DNA from: a virus
Lineage: Duplodnaviria; Caudoviricetes
IMG/VR virus record: IMGVR_UViG_3300017721_001026
Location: 1 to 64,000 of that record
DNA length: 64,000 bases
Direction: 5' to 3' (one strand)
Position numbers and translations under genes: made by a program. Positions 8,823-17,800 of the stretch are shown here, piece after piece. The notes below the pieces were generated by a model. The model saw nothing but the letters and a program-made list of their open reading frames with translations. It was not told the origin of the DNA and searched no databases. The first letter of the stretch is position 1. Each line of letters starts with the position of its first letter.

Positions 8823-9872
8823 CTAGATCATTTCGCAAGCTTCCTGATACACTTCTTTGATAATTTTAGATAATTCTGATTTATCCAAATTAATCTCTGA
8901 TTCTTGTATGTACTTATTTAACAAACTCAAAGTATTCTCAGATTCAATTTCTTCAATTTGATCTTTTGAGTACCAACCATTGAAGTCTTGACTCTCTACA
9001 ATCTTAAGATCTGCAACATTTGAACCATAAAACTTATCAATAAACTTTTCAAAGTTTTTGTTGTCACTCTTCTTTCTAACAATGACCTTTACAATCATGT
9101 CCTGATACTTTGAAAAATCAAAGGTCTTGTAATCAGTATCCTCATAGTAAACGTGATGAAAAATACTATAGGGATTATTGACAAAAGTATGCTCTAAAGT
9201 TTCAGTATCAAATAATGTAAATCCACGTACATCATTTACATCGTTCCAATAGATTTCGTATGAGTTTCCTGTATAGTGGATGTTCCTATCATTTGATCTA
9301 GTGTGGTAGTGACCGCTGAAGACCTTGGTGAACTTCTTAAATAATTTGCTCTCATGACCATGCTCCATGATGCATTGCTTATTAGCAGCAAATCCTCGGA
9401 GTTCAAGGTGCCCCATCGCAATCTTGCTAGTTGTATTTTTAAGAAGTCTGAAAGTAGTTTCCTCATTTTCCTTATTAATCCACGGAATAAACATTAATTT
9501 TAGACCGTCAATAGTAACCTCAGAAGGTTCGGAATATACTTCTACATTTTTATATTCACGGAGAAGAAGATCAACTGCATTAACATTATTAGTGTTTTTA
9601 TAAAATGCAGTATGATTTCCTACGATGGTATGAATTTTACATCCCATACTTTCCAAAACATCATAGTAATTATCTTTTGCCCACTTGAGTGAACTAAAAT
9701 TAATACCAGTTCTGTTATCAAAAGTATCACCCATATCAACGATCGTAGTGATTCCCTCCTCTTTCAGAGTCGGGAAAAATACATCATTGTAAAACTTTAG
9801 GAAATAATCATGAAAGAGTTTTGAATTCTTACGTGCTCCAAAGTGTTGGTCTGTGATAAGGGCAATCTTCAT
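8823..9872 (-). CDS. g47: Recombination endonuclease subunit, SbcD/Mre11-like (T4 gp47)
   Basis: Phosphoesterase motifs DQHFG, GDTFD, GNH, GHLE, SGHYH. Confidence 0.96.
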   Translation of the reverse strand: MKIALITDQHFGARKNSKLFHDYFLKFYNDVFFPTLKEEGITTIVDMGDTFDNRTGINFSSLKWAKDNYYDVLESMGCKIHTIVGNHTAFYKNTNNVNAVDLLLREYKNVEVYSEPSEVTIDGLKLMFIPWINKENEETTFRLLKNTTSKIAMGHLELRGFAANKQCIMEHGHESKLFKKFTKVFSGHYHTRSNDRNIHYTGNSYEIYWNDVNDVRGFTLFDTETLEHTFVNNPYSIFHHVYYEDTDYKTFDFSKYQDMIVKVIVRKKSDNKNFEKFIDKFYGSNVADLKIVESQDFNGWYSKDQIEEIESENTLSLLNKYIQESEINLDKSELSKIIKEVYQEACEMI

Positions 9873-10366
9873 ACGTTATTTGAACCCATTCCTCTGAGTT
9901 TAGAATAGACAGCATCTTTGATACTATTATAGTCTGCATAATTGGAGTTGTCAACTGTATTGTCATTAACAAACACCTGATCATACCCAGTCTTTTCTAG
10001 AATCTTATTCTTAATATCTAACTGCTTCTTCTCTTTCTGAATACGTCTCAAGAATGCATAATGGATAATCTGAGTAAAATATGCAAAGGGATTTGTAGAT
10101 TTCTCTGGATTAAAATTATGAATATATTGAATACAGTTCTCTATCCCGTCAGAGATCATATCATCTTTGAATATGTAGTTGACAAAATTTGGTTTATATG
10201 ATAGATGAGTTGCAATCTTAAGAAAGCATTCACCAAGATAATTTGTAATCCGAGGTTTTGGTTCTCCCTTTTCTGCTGCCTCTGCAATTGCTTTCTTGTA
10301 CTCTACTATCGCATCTAAGAAATCTCTATTATTTACATAATGTTCCGATTTGTTTTTTCTTGGCAT
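9869..10366 (-). CDS. g55: Late transcription sigma factor (T4 gp55)
   Basis: HYVNN, IATHLSYKPNF.NY, DMISDGIENC, NPFAYFTQI...AFLRRI.KEKKQ. Confidence 0.96.
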   Translation of the reverse strand: MPRKNKSEHYVNNRDFLDAIVEYKKAIAEAAEKGEPKPRITNYLGECFLKIATHLSYKPNFVNYIFKDDMISDGIENCIQYIHNFNPEKSTNPFAYFTQIIHYAFLRRIQKEKKQLDIKNKILEKTGYDQVFVNDNTVDNSNYADYNSIKDAVYSKLRGMGSNNV

Positions 10367-10397
10367 TTCATTATTACCAGTAGTTCAGTATGTATCC

Positions 10398-10426
10398 ATT
10401 CTACCACAGCTTGACAAATGTGTAAA
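10398..10426 (-). promoter_or_regulatory. Sigma70-type promoter for g55
   Basis: Minus strand TTTACA-17 bp-TAGAAT with extended -10 TGn. Confidence 0.75.
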
Positions 10427-10439
10427 CCATGTGTAGAAT
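10411..10439 (+). promoter_or_regulatory. Sigma70-type promoter on the plus strand (antisense to the uvsW operon), overlapping the g55 promoter
   Basis: TTGACA (10411-10416), 17-bp spacer, TAGAAT (10434-10439). Confidence 0.65.
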
Positions 10440-10472
10440 ACCTTTGTGCAGGTTGATAGGAACACTATATCT

Positions 10473-10853
10473 TTAGTTATTGAATAGTTTTTCTAAGTAC
10501 TTACGGGTATCATCTACAGAAGATAGATACCCCATTTTTCTACTTAGGTTATGTTTTCGATGATCTTCTTTTGATTTCCTGCAGAATGCATTATACATCT
10601 TAATAGTGTGGTTATCACTGCACTCTACTATCGTTAGAACATCTTGCATATTAATTACAATCATATCTGACGATGATGTTTTTAACCAAGGATCTATTTT
10701 ATAACATGCTTGACCTCTAATTACAATTTCATCAATAGTAACTGGATCTAATAACATAAGGATTTTTTTATCACCTTCGTCAGAAGGTGATACCTTAGAA
10801 AATATCTCTTCAGTATTCTTTAGTTTTATCGTTGCATAAAATTCTTCTTCCAT
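10473..10853 (-). CDS. Conserved hypothetical protein downstream of uvsW
   Basis: ORF coupled to the uvsW stop; FYATIKL...EEIF and MGYLSSV...RK.LEKLF resemble a common T4-like cyanophage core protein. Confidence 0.75.
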   Translation of the reverse strand: MEEEFYATIKLKNTEEIFSKVSPSDEGDKKILMLLDPVTIDEIVIRGQACYKIDPWLKTSSSDMIVINMQDVLTIVECSDNHTIKMYNAFCRKSKEDHRKHNLSRKMGYLSSVDDTRKYLEKLFNN

Positions 10854-12316
10854 TAATCCTTTAAATCGATGTTTATAATGTCATAGTTAAAATTTTCTTG
10901 ATTGTAAATTTTAATTCTTTCGATTAAGTGATTGAGAGTATAGTTTTTTAGATTTCTAATTGTACAATCATCTGCAATATCATAAAGAGTTGCTTTATTT
11001 TTGTCTTTGCCCTTCCTCAGGACTCTACCGATTGACTGTAGATTGCGGATTCTTGATTTAGACGGACTAGCAAAAATAACATTATGAAGATTTCTAATGT
11101 TAATTCCCGTTGAGAAAGTTCCATATGATGCTACAATAATTGCATTACTTTCATTTTCAGTTATTCTTCGGACTTCCTCTCTTTCTTCAGAGTCAACTCC
11201 ACCGTGGACAAAAAAGACTTTTCGTCCCTCACTTACCGAACTATTTATTCTCTCAAAAAGTGGTTCACCATGTGCGGCAACCCGACTATAAAGTATTAGG
11301 GTGTTACCTTCTAAACCTTTTGCAAGGTTCATTATAAATTTATTTCTTCTTTCATGTCCAATTATGTACTGTATCTCGTCTTCATAGGTATCAAATTTTT
11401 TCGGAGTATGTTTTAATATTAAACATCTAATTTCAAGATCAGAAACATGACCCTTTTCCATCAACTCTGATGTACGTGTTACTCTATAACATGGTCCAAA
11501 CAATCCTTCCAACACCCACTTATGTGTCTGTGTTCCGTCAAGTGTTCCTGTAAATCCATATCTATATTTTGTATGATGAAGGTGATTCATAATTGTAATG
11601 AGAGATTTACTTTTAAATAAGTGTGCCTCATCACCAATTACTACATCAAAATCTTCAAAATAACTACGTTCTAATTTATAAATAGACTGCCATGTTGTAA
11701 CTGTGACAGGAAGATCTGTTTCTTTCTCACACCCTGCATATATTTTGTGACAATATGAATCAGAATCCCATCCGTAATCTCGAAAATCAGAGACTAATTG
11801 ATCTACAAGACTGGTCGTTGGAACGACTACAAGAATTTTTCGATTCTTATCCACATGATATCTCACGACAGCGTAAATCATCAGACTTTTTCCTGACGCA
11901 GTGGGACTTAACAGAATCTTTCTGTTATATTTTAATGCATCATAAACTGCTTCAATCTGATAATTTCTTGGGGTTAAAGCAGTTATCGAAGATAGATAAT
12001 CCTTAACTCCCTCTAAACTAATTTCACTATTAACCTCAAAAGGTTTTCCGTAATATTTGTTTGTTACAAACTCATATGTGTAATTATAATTACTACAAAA
12101 TTCTACGAGTCGATGTAAGAGACCTATGTAAAGTCTCTTGGTCCTCATATCAAATAAGTGTATCTCACCGTTCCAATTTCTCTTACGATATTGAGGCATA
12201 AACTTTGCCCCAGGAACTTCAAATTTGAAATGATCTCTCAGTTCATATTCGATGTGTGGTTCAGTTTTTATTTTTAGATATACTTCATTGCACTTTTCGA
12301 TGATTAGATTATCCAT
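10853..12316 (-). CDS. uvsW: RNA-DNA/DNA-DNA helicase UvsW
   Basis: SPTASGKS, DEAH, GFTGT, QSIGRVLR; WNGEIHLF N-terminus. Confidence 0.96.
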   Translation of the reverse strand: MDNLIIEKCNEVYLKIKTEPHIEYELRDHFKFEVPGAKFMPQYRKRNWNGEIHLFDMRTKRLYIGLLHRLVEFCSNYNYTYEFVTNKYYGKPFEVNSEISLEGVKDYLSSITALTPRNYQIEAVYDALKYNRKILLSPTASGKSLMIYAVVRYHVDKNRKILVVVPTTSLVDQLVSDFRDYGWDSDSYCHKIYAGCEKETDLPVTVTTWQSIYKLERSYFEDFDVVIGDEAHLFKSKSLITIMNHLHHTKYRYGFTGTLDGTQTHKWVLEGLFGPCYRVTRTSELMEKGHVSDLEIRCLILKHTPKKFDTYEDEIQYIIGHERRNKFIMNLAKGLEGNTLILYSRVAAHGEPLFERINSSVSEGRKVFFVHGGVDSEEREEVRRITENESNAIIVASYGTFSTGINIRNLHNVIFASPSKSRIRNLQSIGRVLRKGKDKNKATLYDIADDCTIRNLKNYTLNHLIERIKIYNQENFNYDIINIDLKD

Positions 12317-12746
12317 ATCCAGCTTGGAATTTTAAAAATTCAATTGAGTTTTTTATTTGATATGTACGATTAGATATTTGCTTTAGTATGCTATCGACGT
12401 AATTAATCATTACATCATAATATTCTATCTTCATACTGACAGTAGAAAGTTTCTCGTCAGCATCAAGATACTTATTCATAGCATCTTTATCTCTTACTTT
12501 TTTGGGAAAGGGATCTTTTATATAAACATCAGGGTCTGCTTTTCCAGAATAATATTCATACCTTTCATGCCTAATATTATTTTTTTGTTGCTTTGCTTTA
12601 GTTTTTAGTAATACCAAATTATTATAAATGTCATAATATTTGGAATGAAGTTGTGGAATCTTTAGTGATTCATCATGGAGATTATCAATATCGATCTGAG
12701 AGTCTTTGTCCCACATCGTTTTAATCATTACAATGTCAAAAGTCAT
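12309..12746 (-). CDS. uvsY: Recombination mediator UvsY
   Basis: W..DS.ID...L..ES..IP.LHSKY, YYSG, IKN.IE..KF.AG. Confidence 0.93.
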   Translation of the reverse strand: MTFDIVMIKTMWDKDSQIDIDNLHDESLKIPQLHSKYYDIYNNLVLLKTKAKQQKNNIRHERYEYYSGKADPDVYIKDPFPKKVRDKDAMNKYLDADEKLSTVSMKIEYYDVMINYVDSILKQISNRTYQIKNSIEFLKFQAGYG

Positions 12747-13312
12747 ACTCTTTGATTAAACCTGTTATTAATGATGTATATACTATATTTGAAAGTTACT
12801 GTTGCTGCAAAATATTGAACATCCGTATCTGTAGAATCGAATTCCATCTGTGAAAGAGATGTTGGGAACATATCTTTGAATACAACGTTATACTGTAAAT
12901 TCTCAGTATTAGTTAAAATTTGTAGGGTTCCATCCGAATAAAAATTTTGTTGGTTATCGGAAAATGGTTGTCCTAATAAACTTTTCTCATTTTGCAAATC
13001 ATATATTTCACTTAAGGATTCTGGAAATCCAAGACCTCTCATCCAATTTTGTATTTCTAGATAATTTCCTAGATCTTCATCAACTAAGAACCTAATAGAA
13101 AGATCCTCAAAATCCATCATATCACCAGGGACTGGAATCATTTTTAAGTATGATCCCTGTTCAGCAACTCCTAGACTTATGCCAGGTATATTTGCTGAGT
13201 TGGTAAAATATGAGAGTTTGGGTGCTCTTGTTAATGAAAATTTAAACCCAGTTGGTGAAAGGAAATTCCTATTCGCAATCTGTTTTTTAAATGCTATTGA
13301 TCTTGTAACCAC
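12743..13312 (-). CDS. g3: Tail completion / tube terminator protein (T4 gp3-like)
   Basis: NFLSPTGFKF, SANIPG, FLVDEDL.NY.EI.NW, F.D.FPTSLS. Confidence 0.88.
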   Translation of the reverse strand: MVTRSIAFKKQIANRNFLSPTGFKFSLTRAPKLSYFTNSANIPGISLGVAEQGSYLKMIPVPGDMMDFEDLSIRFLVDEDLGNYLEIQNWMRGLGFPESLSEIYDLQNEKSLLGQPFSDNQQNFYSDGTLQILTNTENLQYNVVFKDMFPTSLSQMEFDSTDTDVQYFAATVTFKYSIYIINNRFNQRV

Positions 13313-13342
13313 AACGATAGAGATCCTTGGATACTCTATTTA

Positions 13343-13513
13343 TCACTCTAATCCCATCAAGTATTCTCCGAGTGCTTCCTTCAATTGCTCAGGTGTTAGT
13401 TGTGGTTCTTCCTTCAGATATTTCTCTAAAACATATACACAATGATTTTTTATTGCCACATCACTAGACCACGAAAGTCTATCATTTACGATGTCTCTTG
13501 GTGTCTTTAGCAT
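13343..13513 (-). CDS. Small hypothetical protein (56 aa)
   Basis: Manual translation MLKTPRDIVNDRLSWSSDVAIKNHCVYVLEKYLKEEPQLTPEQLKEALGEYLMGLE*; fills the gap between the g23 terminator and g3. Confidence 0.6.
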   Translation of the reverse strand: MLKTPRDIVNDRLSWSSDVAIKNHCVYVLEKYLKEEPQLTPEQLKEALGEYLMGLE

Positions 13514-13544
13514 GGATTGATTTTCTGCTCTAGTATGTAGGCAT

Positions 13545-13570
13545 AAAAAAAGGACCTCCGAAGAGGTCCT
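13545..13570 (-). terminator. Rho-independent terminator after g23 (UUCG tetraloop)
   Basis: Minus strand AGGACCTC-TTCG-GAGGTCCT followed by a T run. Confidence 0.92.
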
Positions 13571-13592
13571 GTGAAAACTCTGTGAATAGAGA

Positions 13593-14984
13593 TCACATGA
13601 GGTTCTTAACAGTTACACGTCTGTAGTAACGGTTAGAGTTGGTGGTTAGTCCACCTAGACCCTGGTTGGTTCCTTCTGCGAATGGGTTAGCAACTAGACC
13701 ATAACGGGTCTTGAAGCCAATCTTGGGCTGGAAGGTGTTTTCTCCAACTGCACGTACCATCTGGAGAGGTACATATGGGCAGTAGAATAGACCTGCGTCA
13801 TAAGGTGAAGAACCCTTATAACCTGCAACGTAATACTGGTTAGCAGCATTGTTTGCAGAATATGGATCGATGTATACACGGAACTTACCGAGTAGAGTAC
13901 CAGCAAAGGTGTTGCCAGTGTCATCTACGTTAAGGTTTGCGTTGAGTGCTGGGGTGTAGTCTAGAACACCAGCCATGGCTAGAGCAGAAGCAACGTCTGC
14001 GGAGCACATGATGATGTTGCCCTTTCCTCTACGAGTTCTTTGTGCAATCTGGTTCGCATCTCTTTCGATTTGGAACAGAAGACCCTTGAACTTCTCAACA
14101 GACCAACGACCGTTGGAGTCGATATCTAGATCGAACTCACCAGCAGTTGCGGTGTTGACGGTAGCACCTTGTTCAGCAACCTTATAGATGGTTCTGATGA
14201 CTTCACGGTTGATCTCAGCAAGAATCTCAGTAGAGAGAATGTTTGCGAGTTCAGCCTCAGCATTAAGACCGTGAATTGCCTTAATGTCTTGTGCTAGTTC
14301 TAGGGAGTATTCTGCCTTGAGTGCTCTGGACTTTGCAGTCACAGTAACTTTCTCAATGCTGAATGCCATCTCGTTGAACTGATCAGAGACGCCGAGATTC
14401 TCAGCATCGTCAGTTCTCATGCCCTGACCAACGTTATAATCTAGCTCGTTAGCAGATGCGGTTGGGTTGAGGACGGAAGGATTGCTACCAGACTGTGCGG
14501 TAGTACCCATACCAGCAGCAACACCAGTCATTCCAGTGGTGTTGTTGAATCCTGAATCCTGTCCAGAGAAAGCAGTATCTGCTTCGTTGAACATTGCTTC
14601 AGTTCCGCTCTGGTTGGTGTAGCGGGAACGCATTGCGAAGATGAGTCCAGTAGGACCACTCATTGGTTGAACACCTGCGAGGTCATATGCGACCAAGTTA
14701 GGCATTGAACGTCTAATTAGTGAAATTAGAACGGGGTCGAAACCTGCGGTAGGACCACCAGCAGCGGATCCACCTTGGAATCCGTCAGAACCAACTGCGT
14801 TGGTAGGTGCTTCTGCGAGGAATGAACCTGAGTTGTTAAAAGAGTTTTGCTCTCTTAGAAATTTTTCTTGGTTTTCTAGCAGGACTGCGGTCACTGCTCT
14901 CTTATGGGAATCTTGAATATTATCAAGACCCTGATGATCGAGAACTGGTGCCCACTTCTCCTGCAATTGCTCGGAATTGAACAT
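13593..14984 (-). CDS. g23: Major capsid protein (T4 gp23)
   Basis: LISLIRRSMPNL.AYD..GVQPM.GPTGLIFAMR, AKSRALKAEYS.ELAQD, YCPYVPL, FQPKIGFKTRYG. Confidence 0.99.
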   Translation of the reverse strand: MFNSEQLQEKWAPVLDHQGLDNIQDSHKRAVTAVLLENQEKFLREQNSFNNSGSFLAEAPTNAVGSDGFQGGSAAGGPTAGFDPVLISLIRRSMPNLVAYDLAGVQPMSGPTGLIFAMRSRYTNQSGTEAMFNEADTAFSGQDSGFNNTTGMTGVAAGMGTTAQSGSNPSVLNPTASANELDYNVGQGMRTDDAENLGVSDQFNEMAFSIEKVTVTAKSRALKAEYSLELAQDIKAIHGLNAEAELANILSTEILAEINREVIRTIYKVAEQGATVNTATAGEFDLDIDSNGRWSVEKFKGLLFQIERDANQIAQRTRRGKGNIIMCSADVASALAMAGVLDYTPALNANLNVDDTGNTFAGTLLGKFRVYIDPYSANNAANQYYVAGYKGSSPYDAGLFYCPYVPLQMVRAVGENTFQPKIGFKTRYGLVANPFAEGTNQGLGGLTTNSNRYYRRVTVKNLM

Positions 14985-15031
14985 TGAGGTTTACCTATTA
15001 AGTGTTTGTTTTTGTTTGATTAATATTAAAT

Positions 15032-16171
15032 TCAGTTTTTAGCAAATGAAGAGAGTGTCTTCAGATATGCTGACATAGACCCAGAAACTACTTCTGGAGC
15101 TGCGTCTGCACCTTCAGATAACGTCTCAGTTTTTGCTTTTGGAGTTGCTTTGGTAGAGAAATAAGATTCTCTGAGCATTTCCAACTTTTCACGATATTTT
15201 TCTTCACTCTCAAACTCAACACTTTCAGCAAGTGAAGCGAGCTTTTCTTTCTGTGTCTCGGCAAGACCACCAGAAACTTGATCAAGAATACCCTCAGCAA
15301 CAGTCTCTGCGAGACGGGAGTTTAGGGAAACATTCTTCTCAATTTGCTCGTTGAGTTTAGTCTCCATTTCATCAAGTTTTTCTACCATGCTATCAATTAC
15401 ATTATACTTTTCTTCAGGGATTGATACATAATGAGTTTCAAAAAGATCCTTCATTCCAGAGAGGAAGGATTCAGTCATTTCTGCTTTAAGTGCGTGTTCG
15501 ATTGCAAGTTCGTTCTCGGACACCCACTCATCAGCAACATATTCTAGATAAGAATCTACACGTGCGGTTAGACCCTCTTGAATTTCCACTACTTCTTCAA
15601 GTAGTTTTTCTTCGTATTGTGCTTCTAGACCTTCTTTAACTTGTGCAACCTTTGCATTGATTGCAGTTTCAAAGATGGTTTTTGCTTTTTCTTGGAATTC
15701 TTCGGAGAGTTCCTCACCTTGGAGAAGTGCATTAACATCTTCCTCCATATCATATTCAGCAACAACCTCAACTTCTTCTGTTGATTCTTCTTCAGCAACC
15801 ACTTCTTCTTCAGTAGTATCTTCTTCAGATACTACTTCTTCTCCTGTGGTTTCTTCTTCAGCAACCACTTCATCAGTGATTTCCTCTTCTTCTTTCATAC
15901 CAGCAGGCATTGCATCTGCTTTACCAGCAGACTTATTAACAACATCTCTAACTTGCTTGAGTGTTGCAGCTGGTTCTTTGAGTTTTGCTGAATCATCATC
16001 AGACTTATAATTCTCGGGAGTAGGACCACCGAGATCTTCTACAGAAGCAAGTTGAGTTCCAGGATCTGCCATTGTGGGCATTGGATCTGCTTTAGCAGCT
16101 CCAGAGTTAACAGCAGTACTGGATTGCTTTGTGCCTACTTCCATTTCCTGTAAATTGTTGTCACTAGACAT
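15032..16171 (-). CDS. g22: Prohead core scaffold protein (T4 gp22)
   Basis: Highly acidic; LSEEF..KA.TIFE.A, VDSYLEYV..EW..EN; located between g21 and g23. Confidence 0.93.
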   Translation of the reverse strand: MSSDNNLQEMEVGTKQSSTAVNSGAAKADPMPTMADPGTQLASVEDLGGPTPENYKSDDDSAKLKEPAATLKQVRDVVNKSAGKADAMPAGMKEEEEITDEVVAEEETTGEEVVSEEDTTEEEVVAEEESTEEVEVVAEYDMEEDVNALLQGEELSEEFQEKAKTIFETAINAKVAQVKEGLEAQYEEKLLEEVVEIQEGLTARVDSYLEYVADEWVSENELAIEHALKAEMTESFLSGMKDLFETHYVSIPEEKYNVIDSMVEKLDEMETKLNEQIEKNVSLNSRLAETVAEGILDQVSGGLAETQKEKLASLAESVEFESEEKYREKLEMLRESYFSTKATPKAKTETLSEGADAAPEVVSGSMSAYLKTLSSFAKN

Positions 16172-16216
16172 TTGAGACTCTCCGTTTATCTTTTAGTAGA
16201 TTAGATTAACTATATT

Positions 16217-16224
16217 TATTTATA
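16217..16224 (-). promoter_or_regulatory. T4-type late promoter TATAAATA upstream of g22/g23
   Basis: Exact match to the gp55 consensus on the minus strand. Confidence 0.85.
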
Positions 16225-16254
16225 AATTAATTATTTTTATGTAAGTACCACTAC

Positions 16255-16905
16255 TTATAGTGAATTTAAAAAGTCGTTGAATAGACTTAACTTATGCTCA
16301 TCAAGTGCTTTTTGATCAACTAAGGTGTTGATTCTACGTGCAGTTTTTGCTGCATTTTGTTCACGAAGAATTCCTCCTTCCCAAACCCATTCTTTTCCTT
16401 CCATAATTCCAGAAACAAAAGCATCAGGTGCAGAAGGATCTGCAACAATATCAGCAGCAGTTGCCAACATGAAGTCTTCACCAACTTCAGAATAACCTTC
16501 TTTAGTTGGACGAAGTGAACCAATACCACGAGAAGAAACTCCGAGCATCACACCTTCTTTAAGAAGAGACTCGGCAATTTTACCCATTGGTGTAGATAAA
16601 ATTTGTGCTTTACCAATAAAGTCATTTCCCTTTTGCTCAAGAGAAACGATCTTATGAGAAACACGATCAAGATTAATAGTTGGACCATCTGGATGACCCA
16701 GTTCACCTAGAGCACGACCTTTAGTAATATGCTCATCAGTATATCTCTTCACCTCACGTTCCATTACGTTACGACGATATACTCTGCCGTTACGATTTTG
16801 CTGTTCGGTTTGGAGAAAAGGTCCTTGAATATAAAGAGTTTTCTTACCGTTTCTTGTTTCGGTAATAACTTCTACCTTTTCTATCTCTTCTCTAATTAGT
16901 TTCAT
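16255..16905 (-). CDS. g21: Prohead protease (T4 gp21)
   Basis: MKLIRE, NRNGRVY, GELGHP, GVSSRG.GS, DIVADPSAPDAFV. Confidence 0.97.
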   Translation of the reverse strand: MKLIREEIEKVEVITETRNGKKTLYIQGPFLQTEQQNRNGRVYRRNVMEREVKRYTDEHITKGRALGELGHPDGPTINLDRVSHKIVSLEQKGNDFIGKAQILSTPMGKIAESLLKEGVMLGVSSRGIGSLRPTKEGYSEVGEDFMLATAADIVADPSAPDAFVSGIMEGKEWVWEGGILREQNAAKTARRINTLVDQKALDEHKLSLFNDFLNSL

Positions 16906-16921
16906 CGTAAAAACGTGACTT

Positions 16922-16935
16922 TATTTATTATTTAG
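16922..16935 (-). promoter_or_regulatory. Late promoter-like TAAATA boxes upstream of g21
   Basis: Tandem CTAAATA and ATAAATA on the minus strand in the intergenic gap. Confidence 0.6.
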
Positions 16936-16940
16936 TTTCC

Positions 16941-17216
16941 TTAACCTTCTACTGATACAGAACTGCATCTTAAGGAGCTAGATCCACCACCAAGATATTG
17001 ACCTGGTTCTTTTTTGATATAGATTGTTTCCCTGGGACTCACTGCATATCTTGCAACAACATCGGTTCCAGATGCATCATTAGCAACTCTGAAGTTCTGA
17101 CCACCAGTGGAAAAACTAACTACCCTAACGTAAACTGCATCATCAATAGTGCTATATGATGATGGAGTATGAAGGGTTAACCCTTTTAATTTAATTGCTC
17201 TATTATCTGAAGACAT
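16941..17216 (-). CDS. Small beta-rich hypothetical protein in the head module (paralog of 17216-17497)
   Basis: Shares ST...A.YVR and (I/L)KK(E/D)P motifs with its neighbour. Confidence 0.75.
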   Translation of the reverse strand: MSSDNRAIKLKGLTLHTPSSYSTIDDAVYVRVVSFSTGGQNFRVANDASGTDVVARYAVSPRETIYIKKEPGQYLGGGSSSLRCSSVSVEG

Positions 17217-17497
17217 TATTCTCTAGGTGATATTGGTGATGCATAGATATTTGAAGAAGCACCATGAATGAACTCTGCTGGATCTTTTTTAAGAATAAAA
17301 GATTCACCAGGTCCAATAACGGTTTTTGCTATTGTAGTAGAATCATCGTTTGCAGTAGTTCTTACTTTAAAATCGTAAGCAGTTGATGAATTGATATTTG
17401 TAATTCTGACATATGTAGCACTCTCGCAAGTACTATCATTGCTAGAACCTAATGAAAAATAACTACTACTTAAAGTTCTGAATGGTCCCATTGACAT
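17216..17497 (-). CDS. Small beta-rich hypothetical protein in the head module (paralog of 16941-17216)
   Basis: Same shared motifs; TAATG coupling to the downstream paralog. Confidence 0.75.
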   Translation of the reverse strand: MSMGPFRTLSSSYFSLGSSNDSTCESATYVRITNINSSTAYDFKVRTTANDDSTTIAKTVIGPGESFILKKDPAEFIHGASSNIYASPISPRE

Positions 17498-17502
17498 GAT
17501 AC

Positions 17503-17601
17503 TTATTCCTCCATTGGTGATGATTCGTCTGATGAATAACCAGTCTCACTATTATCTAGTGGCATATCATCAGAGTCTGTAATCGGATATTCTTCTTCCA
17601 T
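17503..17601 (-). CDS. Tiny acidic peptide (32 aa)
   Basis: Manual translation MEEEYPITDSDDMPLDNSETGYSSDESSPMEE*; preceded by GGAGG. Confidence 0.4.
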   Translation of the reverse strand: MEEEYPITDSDDMPLDNSETGYSSDESSPMEE

Positions 17602-17603
17602 AT

Positions 17604-17771
17604 TTATTCCTCCTCAGATTCAACTTCCGTCTCATCAAAGACTGCACTACCAATAGATGGTTTCAAAGCATCAATCTTTTCTGCACTTTTTGCAAAGAGC
17701 ATGTTTTTGATTTTGTCACTAATATTAGTAGGTGACTCATCTTGTAGGATCATATCCATTAAATCGTCCAT
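17604..17771 (-). CDS. Small acidic prohead core protein (gp67-like by position)
   Basis: Manual translation MDDLMDMILQDESPTNISDKIKNMLFAKSAEKIDALKPSIGSAVFDETEVESEEE* (55 aa); directly after g20; ATAAATA box at 17795-17801. Confidence 0.75.
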   Translation of the reverse strand: MDDLMDMILQDESPTNISDKIKNMLFAKSAEKIDALKPSIGSAVFDETEVESEEE

Positions 17772-17800
17772 GATTTTTAAAGGGGTAACATTTTTATTTA

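Noticed and set aside
15690-15900. Glu-rich repeats (EEVVAEE) in gp22
   Set aside because: Normal acidic low-complexity region of T4-type scaffold proteins
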